NCBI GenBank assembly: GCA_000146045.2
Contig: BK006944.2
Span: 544,001-608,000 of the forward strand
Reading direction: 5' to 3'
Length of the DNA stretch: 64,000 nucleotides
DNA from: TPA_inf: Saccharomyces
Lineage: Eukaryota
A program made the position numbers and the translations under genes. Under the pieces are notes generated by a model. It worked only from the letters and a program-made list of their open reading frames with translations. It was not told the origin of the DNA and searched no databases. Below, piece by piece: positions 51,801 to 61,632 of the stretch; the stretch's first letter is position 1; each line of letters opens with the position of its first letter.

Positions 51801-52298
51801 TCAACAACAGTAGTCAATCTATCGGATCTCGTTGAGTTGTATTCTATGCTCGACGATGAAGAGAGCTTATTCATACCGCTAAGGCTTCTTTCTGTTGATG
51901 GAAACTTACTGAATTTTGAAGTTAAAAAGTTCTTGAATGCTTTGGTATGGAGAAGAATCGTTCTACTAAATGCTAGTAATGAAGGAGATAAACTGCTTCA
52001 GCATATAGTCAAACGTGTTTTTGATGAAGAACTACCCAAAAATAATGATTTCCCCTTGCCCAGTGTGGATCTTTTATGTGACAAATCGTTACTGACGCCA
52101 GAATACATAAGCGAAACATATGGCAGGTTTCCTATTGATCAGAATGCCATACGTGAAGAGATATATGAAGAAATATCTCAAGTGGAAACGTTGAACTCAG
52201 ACAACTCACTCGAGATAAAGTTGCACTCGACTATTGGTTCTGTAGCGAAAGAAAAAAACTATACCATCAACTATGAAACCAACACTGTAGAATACTAA
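48825..52298 (+). CDS. NUP133: Nucleoporin Nup133 (Nup84 subcomplex), 1157 aa (YKR082W)
   Basis: Full-length 1157-aa ORF starting MSEKKVHLRLRKELSVPIAVVENESLAQLSYEEESQASLMD, recognised as Nup133. Confidence 0.9.
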   Translation: MSEKKVHLRLRKELSVPIAVVENESLAQLSYEEESQASLMDISMEQQQLRLHSHFDNSKVFTENNRYIVKTLQTDYSSGFSNDDELNGYIDMQIGYGLVNDHKKVYIWNIHSTQKDTPYITVPFRSDDNDEIAVAPRCILTFPATMDESPLALNPNDQDETGGLIIIKGSKAIYYEDINSINNLNFKLSEKFSHELELPINSSGGEKCDLMLNCEPAGIVLSTNMGRIFFITIRNSMGKPQLKLGKLLNKPFKLGIWSKIFNTNSSVVSLRNGPILGKGTRLVYITTNKGIFQTWQLSATNSHPTKLIDVNIYEAILESLQDLYPFAHGTLKIWDSHPLQDESSQLFLSSIYDSSCNETYYILSTIIFDSSSNSFTIFSTYRLNTFMESITDTKFKPKIFIPQMENANDTNEVTSILVMFPNAVVITQVNSKLDSSYSMRRKWEDIVSLRNDIDIIGSGYDSKSLYVLTKQMGVLQFFVKENEETNSKPEVGFVKSHVDQAVYFSKINANPIDFNLPPEISLDQESIEHDLKLTSEEIFHSNGKYIPPMLNTLGQHLSVRKEFFQNFLTFVAKNFNYKISPELKLDLIEKFEILNCCIKFNSIIRQSDVLNDIWEKTLSNYNLTQNEHLTTKTVVINSPDVFPVIFKQFLNHVVFVLFPSQNQNFKLNVTNLINLCFYDGILEEGEKTIRYELLELDPMEVDTSKLPWFINFDYLNCINQCFFDFTFACEEEGSLDSYKEGLLKIVKILYYQFNQFKIWINTQPVKSVNANDNFININNLYDDNHLDWNHVLCKVNLKEQCIQIAEFYKDLSGLVQTLQTLDQNDSTTVSLYETFFNEFPKEFSFTLFEYLIKHKKLNDLIFRFPQQHDVLIQFFQESAPKYGHVAWIQQILDGSYADAMNTLKNITVDDSKKGESLSECELHLNVAKLSSLLVEKDNLDINTLRKIQYNLDTIDAEKNISNKLKKGEVQICKRFKNGSIREVFNILVEELKSTTVVNLSDLVELYSMLDDEESLFIPLRLLSVDGNLLNFEVKKFLNALVWRRIVLLNASNEGDKLLQHIVKRVFDEELPKNNDFPLPSVDLLCDKSLLTPEYISETYGRFPIDQNAIREEIYEEISQVETLNSDNSLEIKLHSTIGSVAKEKNYTINYETNTVEY

Positions 52299-52420
52299 TA
52301 TCTATAATACAATTTTACATATATATAATAAACTTTACTGGGGAATGATAATAATAAATATGTATATGCTATTATCGCAACTGCCTTCTTCCGATTTATA
52401 TAAGATCCTTTTCTTTCTGT

Positions 52421-52822
52421 TCATTCGTTACCATCTACCCTAATTCTGACCATTGTTTCCGGCAAGGGTACCAGATCTTCATCCTCATCATTATCTTCAT
52501 CATTCTTATCATTTTCTTGCGCTTCAAGACCTGTTTCATTTGATTGTTCAGATTCCTTTTTCTTAGAATCTTTCCACGGTCCTATCTCATAATCACCCTC
52601 TGCATATTGCAATAATCCCAAACTTGCTTGCGATATATTGTTTATTATAGAATCCCAATTGTTCATCAATTGGGCCACTGAATCCGCATTCATTCCCATT
52701 TCTTTGATCTGCTCATTCAACTCTGTTAGCTGAATTTTTAAGCCATCCGTTAAACTGGTTATCTTTTGTAATGACTGAAGTTCTTTTCGCTTTATAGCAA
52801 TTTGTTCATCTATTGAATCCAT
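52421..52822 (-). CDS. DAD2: DASH/Dam1 kinetochore complex subunit, 133 aa (YKR083C)
   Basis: MDSIDEQIAIKRKELQSLQKITSLTDGLKIQLTELNEQIKEMGMNADSVAQLMNNWDSI... First real ATG at complement 52820..52822; acidic C-terminus. Confidence 0.85.
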   Translation of the reverse strand: MDSIDEQIAIKRKELQSLQKITSLTDGLKIQLTELNEQIKEMGMNADSVAQLMNNWDSIINNISQASLGLLQYAEGDYEIGPWKDSKKKESEQSNETGLEAQENDKNDEDNDEDEDLVPLPETMVRIRVDGNE

Positions 52823-53054
52823 AATAACTGTCTGAATTATGAGTTTTTCAAACCTATTCAATAGTTTTTTAGATATATTCAGAGGCAGGTATTCTTTTGT
52901 ATTGTCGCCCTCTAACCTTTTGTAAGTACTTTCATATTTTTATTTTCGCGTTACACTAAATTCAAATATTAAAAAAGGATCGCTATTAATGTGTAGAAAT
53001 TGAAAAAATTACATACAGAAGCGTATAAAATTCTTATCATCTATTTTCACCCTT

Positions 53055-54890
53055 CTACTGAGTTATTTCGGATATTTTACCTGCCGCAATGGTTCTACCG
53101 TCCTTTCTAAGAACAACTCTTCCCAAACGGTCATTTTCATGGGCAGTTAATAAAGGAATCCACCTCTTTACTTCAATTAGTTCTATTTCTACAAATGCTC
53201 GTTGTTTAGAGCCTAGATGTCTAATCTTTTTCTTGCTTGCAGTATTGCCCTTGTCTATAAATGAAATCAATCTTTTGATTCGAGCAGGTTGCTCCTTGAC
53301 TCCGATGAAAAGAATAAACGGTGTTCCTGGCAGCAAAGGTCGGTTCATGTCAAAGGTGGTCAATTCCAGAACAAAACACTGTGCTGAATGAATGGACGAA
53401 TAATCAACTGATGCTGCCAAATCACCATTTTGAATATCTTCTGGATAGGCTTTGCGCAATTTCAAAGTGACAAAATCACCCTTAATGGCAACATCTGTCT
53501 CTTCGTGATTCGTTGATTGGCCCTGTTGAGAACCAACCTGAATTTTATCCACAATACAACTCTGTTCCGACGGATATATTGTCAAAGATTCACCAGGTTG
53601 AATAGAACCTGATTCCAATTTTCCTGAAACTAGTGCTAAATCGTTACTTGTTTTTTTCGATGGGATGATCTCCAACACAGAAAACAAAAACGGATCATCT
53701 TTGTTAATTCCTTCATTCTCCTTTGAAATCTTGAACGCCGCATTTTCCAAAGTAGACATTAAGTTAGGACCATTGTACCATTGTCTCACTTCATCTGTAT
53801 ATTCAATTTTATAAACACCTTCTCCGGAAAAGCCACTGATAGGTACCCAATTAATATTATCCTCAAAAAACCCAATATCAACCAGATATGGCAACAATTT
53901 CGATTTAATCTCTTCAAACCTTTGTTGGGACCAGTCAACATTATCCATCTTATTCATAGCAATAATCAGATTGTGAATTCCAAGACTAGATGCCAGTAGC
54001 ATATGCTCCTTTGTTTGCCCATCCAAGTCAAATCCTGATTCGAAAGCATTGGTGCTACAGTCTACACAAAGTATAGCCATATCTGCTTGTGATATCCCCA
54101 TTATAGCGTTTGGAACAAAATCTCTATGGCCTGGCGCATCCACAATAGTAAAATTTGCCCTATGGGTAGAGAAATGCGATGTACAAATTGACACTGTTAC
54201 ACCACGTTCGCGCTCTTCATTTGTCTGATCCATAATCCATGCAAATTTGAAGGATGACTTACCCATAGTTTCACTCTCTCTTTGTAGCTTTCTCAGTTGG
54301 GATTGGTTGACAATGTTCAGATCATAAAGTAGTCTGCCCATTAGAGTTGATTTTCCCGCATCAACATGACCAAGAACAACAAAACTTAAGTGAGGTAAGG
54401 CAGATTTAACAAATGCAGAAATATCATGAGGTTTCTTTGGTTTCGTTGGCACCGTAGTCTTATAGTATCTTTGAACTGTCTTTTCATCATTGGCTTCCTC
54501 ACCATTGCGTTCACCCTCACTTTCTTCCTCGTCAAGCCAGTCTGGAAGCCGATCATTTGGCCTTTGTTGCGAAATTGAGATGTTTGCCAGTTTTTGAGTA
54601 ACATTCGCACTCCCATTAGCAGCAGCAATTGGCTTCTTTGGTGTCTTCTTCTTCTTCAAAGTTTTCTTCAATTCCGCCAGCGTGCTTTCCAAATCGAAAT
54701 TGTTGTCAAACAAAGCTAGCTTAAGTGAAAGATTATCCCAGCCTTGGTAATCCTGTAACTGCGCCTTTAGAGTAGGAAATACCTCGTTCATTAGATCATA
54801 TTCATCGTCATTCAAATAATCATCAAATTCACCTTCGTCGTGAAAGTCCGGCATGTCGTCTGCTCCATCGCTGTAGTCACTGTAAGCCAT
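53055..54890 (-). CDS. HBS1: Hbs1 translational GTPase (eRF3/EF1A family; no-go decay, works with Dom34), 611 aa (YKR084C)
   Basis: G domain motifs GHVDAGKST, DAPGH, NKMD, followed by EF-Tu-like domains II and III. First real ATG at complement 54888..54890. Confidence 0.9.
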   Translation of the reverse strand: MAYSDYSDGADDMPDFHDEGEFDDYLNDDEYDLMNEVFPTLKAQLQDYQGWDNLSLKLALFDNNFDLESTLAELKKTLKKKKTPKKPIAAANGSANVTQKLANISISQQRPNDRLPDWLDEEESEGERNGEEANDEKTVQRYYKTTVPTKPKKPHDISAFVKSALPHLSFVVLGHVDAGKSTLMGRLLYDLNIVNQSQLRKLQRESETMGKSSFKFAWIMDQTNEERERGVTVSICTSHFSTHRANFTIVDAPGHRDFVPNAIMGISQADMAILCVDCSTNAFESGFDLDGQTKEHMLLASSLGIHNLIIAMNKMDNVDWSQQRFEEIKSKLLPYLVDIGFFEDNINWVPISGFSGEGVYKIEYTDEVRQWYNGPNLMSTLENAAFKISKENEGINKDDPFLFSVLEIIPSKKTSNDLALVSGKLESGSIQPGESLTIYPSEQSCIVDKIQVGSQQGQSTNHEETDVAIKGDFVTLKLRKAYPEDIQNGDLAASVDYSSIHSAQCFVLELTTFDMNRPLLPGTPFILFIGVKEQPARIKRLISFIDKGNTASKKKIRHLGSKQRAFVEIELIEVKRWIPLLTAHENDRLGRVVLRKDGRTIAAGKISEITQ

Positions 54891-55093
54891 CTCGATAGTC
54901 AATAGTTGTCGAAGCAGAAGCCTTTGGGTGTCTCCAAGCTGTACTTAACTCTTTTTAAATTGCTTATTGGTTAGCTTTCATGTGGTATATTCAAGTCACA
55001 TTAATGGGCGTCTCCGTGCATTGTGATCAATATATGAATACGAAGTACTTATAGAGTAGTATTTACACGATTGTTATTATATTTATATAGCAT

Positions 55094-55693
<600 letters not shown>

Positions 55694-55856
55694 TTACTTT
55701 GTCTTTAATTTTCCATTTTAACTTGTTGAAAGTATCTCTTTTTGCCCTCTTTTCTATTTTCTCAAATAATAAAAGCGGTGAAAGCTGAAAAATTCATGAG
55801 ATGACTGCAGATGATAAAACACAAGAAGGCCCAAAGACAATACAAATACCTCTGGT

Positions 55857-58800
55857 ATGGGTCATTCGGGGCGTGAGGAAAGGATAAAAGACATATTTAA
55901 GGAACTTACGTCAAAAGAACTAACGCCTGGGTTGCTTTTGACACTGCAGAAACTAGCGCAAAAGCCGAATACTAATCTAGAACAGTTTATTGCCAGCTGT
56001 AAAGCTTTGACGAAACTCAGCAGTAACAATCCAATCATTTTTAATGAACTTCTGGAGCTCCTCAAGAATAAATCTGAAGAGGACTCGACAGGCCCAAAGA
56101 AAATCGCCCCTTCTATAAATAAGAGAAAGAAATTTAAGATCCAGTTAGACCTTGACGATAATGAAGATGAGCTAGATTCTCCAGTTCAAAAAAAACCAGC
56201 ACCTACACGGACGTTGTTCAAGAGAATAGATAAACTAAAGGCCAAACAGTTGAGGCAGTATTCGCCCACCGTGAAGGATCCTTCTCCAAATAGTGAACAG
56301 CAAACACAGAATGGTCATGCTGAAACGAAGGACTATGAACCGACTCGAAGCGAAGTAGTTGAGGAGGACAGAGAATGGTATGATAATGATGATGATTATG
56401 GAAATTTGGTGCCTGAACCTCTGTCTGAATTGCCTGAGGAAGCGAAACTACTACCTGTCATTAGGAATATCGACAACGATGATGCCTTACGAAATACCGT
56501 TCAATTATACCCCATACCACTCAAGCAAAGAATGGAATGGATCCCTCCTTTTTTATCAAAGTTTGCTCTTGAAAACAAAGTGCCCACTTCCATAATTATC
56601 GGGTCCATCTCTGAGACGTCCAGCCAAGTATCCGCTTTATCAATGGTGAATCCATTTAGGAATCCTGACAGTGAATTTTCTGCGAACGCCAAACGAGGTA
56701 GTAAGCTGGTTGCCTTGAGAAGGATAAACATGGAACATATTCAACAATCTCGAGACAACACCACTGTTTTGAACACTGCCATGGGGGAAGTACTAGGCTT
56801 GGAGAATAACAATAAAGCAAAAGATAAGAGCAACCAAAAGATTTGCGACGATACAGCTCTTTTCACGCCATCAAAAGATGACATTAAACATACTAAAGAG
56901 CAACTGCCTGTTTTCCGCTGCAGATCTCAATTGTTATCATTGATAAGAGAAAATCAAGTAGTGGTGATAATTGGTGAAACGGGCTCAGGTAAAACCACGC
57001 AACTTGCACAGTATTTATATGAAGAAGGATATGCCAACGATAGGGGGAAATCTATTGTTGTCACACAGCCGAGAAGAGTAGCAGCCATATCCGTTGCAAA
57101 AAGGGTTGCAATGGAAATGCAAGTTCCATTGGGTAAGGAAGTAGGCTATTCTATAAGGTTTGAAGATGTGACGGATTCTGAGTGTACAAAACTTAAGTTT
57201 GTAACGGATGGTATTCTACTCAGAGAGACCTTATTGGATGATACACTCGATAAATATTCGTGTGTTATTATTGATGAAGCTCATGAAAGGTCATTAAATA
57301 CAGACATTTTACTAGGTTTTTTCAAGATTTTATTAGCACGTAGAAGAGATCTAAAACTCATAATCACTTCAGCAACAATGAATGCGAAGAAGTTCTCCGC
57401 ATTTTTTGGTAATGCTCCTCAGTTCACAATTCCTGGAAGAACTTTCCCCGTACAGACCATATATACTTCCAACCCTGTTCAAGACTACGTAGAAGCTGCA
57501 GTTTCTCAGGCTGTGAAAATTCATTTAGCAAACGATTGTTCAAGCGGTGATATTCTCATTTTCATGACAGGTCAAGAAGATATTGAAACAACGTTCGACA
57601 CTCTGCAAGAAAAGTTTTTGCAAGTATATTCTAAAAAGTTTGGTACCGCAAACTTTGAAGAGATCAATGATATTGAAATTTTACCAATCTACTCGGCTTT
57701 ACCTGCAGATTTGCAATTCAAAATTTTTCAGGATCTACATGGCACTAAAAGGAAAATTATAATTGCGACAAATATTGCAGAGACTTCATTGACCATTAAA
57801 GGTATTAGATATGTCATTGATTGTGGTTACTCTAAACTGAAAGTTTACAATCCAAAGATTGGGCTTGATAGTTTAGTAATAACGCCCATATCAAAAGCTA
57901 ACGCCGACCAAAGATCCGGAAGAGCGGGAAGAACTGCGCCAGGCACTGCATATCGATTATACACGGAAGATACATTCAAAGAAGATATGTACTTACAGAC
58001 AATACCTGAGATCCAAAGAACGAATTTGTCAAACACCCTTTTACTGCTAAAATCTCTGGACGTTACTGACGAATTGAGTAAGTTCCCGTTCATTGATAAA
58101 CCACCCTTACAAACATTTTTATCCTCATTGTATGAGTTATGGTTCATAGGGGCTATAGACACTAGTGGACAATTGACTCCATTGGGATTACAGATGGCAA
58201 AATTTCCCCTGCAACCTTCCCTTTCCAAAATTTTATTAATTGCAGTTAGAAACGGCTGCAGTGATGAAATGTTAACAATAGTTTCCATGCTTTCTGTTCC
58301 ACAAGTCTTTTATAGACCCAAGGAAAGACAGAAAGAAGCAGATATTGCTAGAAATAAATTTTTTATCGCGAAATCAGATCACTTAACGTTACTTAATGTT
58401 TTTGAACAATGGAGGGCAAATAATTTTAGTTCGCATTGGTGTAACAAACATTTTGTTCAATACAAATCACTTGTCAGGGCAAGAGACATTCGAGACCAGT
58501 TGCTAACAATACTAAAATCTCAAAAAATTCCGGTCATTTCCTCCGGTAAGGACTGGGATATTATTAAAAAATGTATTTGTTCAGGATTTGCTCATCAAGC
58601 AGCCAAAATAACAGGACTACGAAATTACGTTCATTTAAAAACTGGCGTAAGTGTTCAACTACACCCTACAAGTGCATTACACGGATTGGGGGATTTACCC
58701 CCTTACGTGGTATATCATGAATTATTAATGACTAGCAAAGAATACATTTGTTGTGTTACTTCTGTAGATCCATTCTGGTTAATGGAATATGGTGGGTTAC

Positions 58801-59072
58801 TCTACGACATCAAGCGTATTAAAAATGATCAGGAGGCCACAACTACAGGCCTCTTTGGTGAACACTATGAACATACTCTGGACAAGGTTGAAGATGATAT
58901 TGATATCAATATTAGGAGATGTAAGGATATGAGAGACAGTGTGATACAGGAGCTCAAAATGACCGACAATTCAAACAAAGAAGACAAAAAGCAAAAAACG
59001 AAAAAGCAAAATATACTGAACGGCAAAGAAAATTCAATGAAACCTTTCAAAAGAAGGAAGCCTTTTTTTTAG
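55857..59072 (+). CDS. PRP16: DEAH-box ATP-dependent RNA helicase, spliceosomal second-step factor, 1071 aa (YKR086W)
   Basis: Motifs [12 protein letters not shown] (IIDEAHERS), [11 protein letters not shown], plus HA2 and OB-fold C-terminal domains. Confidence 0.95.
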
Positions 59073-59194
59073 TTTATGGGAAGAGCGTGCTAATAGGCAA
59101 AATATTCATATATGTTATTATATAGTTATATGCATGCATAAAACAAAGGGTTATTTATTGGGTACAAAAGAAAAGAGCATAACTCGTGGAGTGC

Positions 59195-60232
59195 TTACAT
59201 TGAGAAAAAACTTTTATAATAGTTACCCATACTGCTACAATCAGATTGTTCATAAATTTCATTAGCTTTTGGCAACCATTTCGACATATTCTCTATTCTA
59301 CGAGTGCTTGCTGGATGTGTACTTAGAAACTCCATATTCACAACACCCCCTCTATTCATTTGCTTTTCAAAATTTGCCATTCTTTCCCACACTTTTATTG
59401 ACTCCTGTGGTTGAAAACATGCCCTTGACATTATCATCAGGCCAATGTAATCAGCTTCGGTTTCCATCTGTCTTGATGCTGGCATTCGCAAAAACCCATC
59501 CAATAGTATATTGTTGATAGCATGAGCTCCAGTAACAGTATATAACACCAAACCCAAAAGAGAATATATAGGAGCCTTCGACAAATTTTCGGCTGTGTGT
59601 CTTGCTAGCTGATGAGCAAATTCGTGTGCTAAAACAGTGGCAATCCCATCATCATTAGCACAAATAGGTAAAATAGAGCTGAATATAAAGACCTTACCCC
59701 CTGGTAAAACGAATGCATTTGGTGAAGCAGTTGGATCATTGACCACATGAATTTCCCACTTGATTCCGTCCAGTAGTGAGTTGTCTACACTAGGGTCCTT
59801 ATAAGCAGCTTCGACAATTTTCATGAAAATATTCTCAATTTTGATGGACAGCGGATGCTGTGGAGGTAATATTTCCTGCTGCGTTTGTCTCCAAATTGAT
59901 TTGTATGTGTAATTTCCGATAGTTAACTCTAATGGACGCGATACCCAGATGAACCTGGACCTATCGCTTACCGGTGCTTTATCCAAATGTGTATAATAAA
60001 AGAGAGAGCATCCACCAAATAATAAAGCTAAGTATTTTCTTGATGACTTATCGAGAAGAATGCTTTTAAACGATGATTTTTGGGAATACTCTCCATTATT
60101 AAATCGACGATATGAAGGACCATTGTCATAGCGGTAACATCGCGTTAACTGAACACGAAATGATACAGGTTTTAAAAATCCTCCACTGGTCCCTTTTCCA
60201 AATCCTTTGAACCTGATGATGTTGCGTAACAT
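59195..60232 (-). CDS. OMA1: Mitochondrial inner-membrane M48 zinc metalloprotease, 345 aa (YKR087C)
   Basis: HEXXH motif in VLAHEFAHQLARH. Predicted TM segment (YLALLFGGCSLFYY). Confidence 0.9.
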   Translation of the reverse strand: MLRNIIRFKGFGKGTSGGFLKPVSFRVQLTRCYRYDNGPSYRRFNNGEYSQKSSFKSILLDKSSRKYLALLFGGCSLFYYTHLDKAPVSDRSRFIWVSRPLELTIGNYTYKSIWRQTQQEILPPQHPLSIKIENIFMKIVEAAYKDPSVDNSLLDGIKWEIHVVNDPTASPNAFVLPGGKVFIFSSILPICANDDGIATVLAHEFAHQLARHTAENLSKAPIYSLLGLVLYTVTGAHAINNILLDGFLRMPASRQMETEADYIGLMIMSRACFQPQESIKVWERMANFEKQMNRGGVVNMEFLSTHPASTRRIENMSKWLPKANEIYEQSDCSSMGNYYKSFFSM

Positions 60233-60404
60233 TTCTTGTATTTTATCTTTCCATACCTTAACTTAGATTGGTTGATGTCGCTTCGAAAAACTGCTTTTTG
60301 TCTTTTAAGTTCTTTATATCGGACGTAGAAAGAAGTAGAAATAGTAATTTGGGTTACCCATATAAAACCAACTTATCTAAACATATATAAACGTATACGG
60401 AGGA

Positions 60405-61418
60405 TTAGACCTCAAAAGACAATTCAGGTAGTTGATCAGTGGACACTTGACGGTCGCGGTTTTGTAGTTCTAAATATCTCTTCTTAGTCTTGAAGTATAA
60501 GAGCCATGCTGTAAGACTTAGGATTAATAATGTGATAATAATGCTTACCAAGTCAAATACCCTAGATCCTGTAGATTCAGATTCTGCGAGACTCTTTACA
60601 CGAGAACCTATAAATAGATAGATGAACAGCTTTGGTGTGGTTATTATGTTGGCAATGGAAAAGTTGCGTACCGAGATACCGTAAACACCAGCTATGGCAC
60701 CATTAGTCAAAGAATATGGGAAGGGACATAATCTCAGTAGAGCTAGAATCCAATAGCTATTGTTTTCTTGTAAAATTGAAGCCAATGCTTCAAATCTTCT
60801 ATTCAAATGCACAAGCTTTTCTGCTCTTGAATGCAAGATCGTCTTGAACACAACGAAAGAGGCAATGGAACCTGTTACAGATCCCAAAGCTAGCGTAACC
60901 CATCCCTCAAAACTGACACCATAGATCAACCCAGTAGTGGTGGATAATAAGGAGTAGCCAATCATAGGAGGAAATGCGACAAAGAATATCAGAACCATTA
61001 ATATAAAATGTGTTGACATCTTTTCTCTCAAATCGTTCGAAGTAACAACAACTTTATGTAAAATCGCATTATGGAAGACGAGCAACAATATACCCATTAT
61101 CATTAGCATTATGCCGAGGAGGACAATGATAATCTGTTGCCATAAGCGTAGTGAATAAAAATAAAACTGTAATTTTTGAACATTCTTCCTGATATTATGC
61201 ATCAATCTCTCTCTAGGGGACATATTATAAATGTCTAAAAAATCATCATCATTAACATTTACTTCGTCATTGAATGACAATCCAGCATTAGTACCAACCC
61301 TTTGTCCATTATTACTATTTGGCATGATATCGTTGTCAAAGTCTTCGAAATAGCCATCAAATTCATCATCCTCCCCTTGGCCCATATTGGCATTTCCTGC
61401 TTCGTAAGACTGACTCAT
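60405..61418 (-). CDS. TVP38: Golgi membrane protein of the DedA/TVP38 family, 337 aa (YKR088C)
   Basis: Multiple predicted TM helices. DedA-like region (GSVTGSIASFVVFKTIL; LRLCPFPYSLTNGAIAG). First real ATG at complement 61416..61418. Confidence 0.85.
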   Translation of the reverse strand: MSQSYEAGNANMGQGEDDEFDGYFEDFDNDIMPNSNNGQRVGTNAGLSFNDEVNVNDDDFLDIYNMSPRERLMHNIRKNVQKLQFYFYSLRLWQQIIIVLLGIMLMIMGILLLVFHNAILHKVVVTSNDLREKMSTHFILMVLIFFVAFPPMIGYSLLSTTTGLIYGVSFEGWVTLALGSVTGSIASFVVFKTILHSRAEKLVHLNRRFEALASILQENNSYWILALLRLCPFPYSLTNGAIAGVYGISVRNFSIANIITTPKLFIYLFIGSRVKSLAESESTGSRVFDLVSIIITLLILSLTAWLLYFKTKKRYLELQNRDRQVSTDQLPELSFEV

Positions 61419-61632
61419 TTGTGTAACCAATATCTTTCTTCCACCATAATAATATTTTCAAATATGTTGAAGGTATTGTTTTAGTAAAGTGGCTTTTTTT
61501 CTTAGTGCAGCTCGAGAGAAAACAATGATTTCGATTTCCGCTTTGAAAATGATATGAATGAGAAAGGCCATTCGAATAAATACATAGATGAAAAAGAATA
61601 TCTAGAGGATATATAAGCAAGCCCGTGTTTTC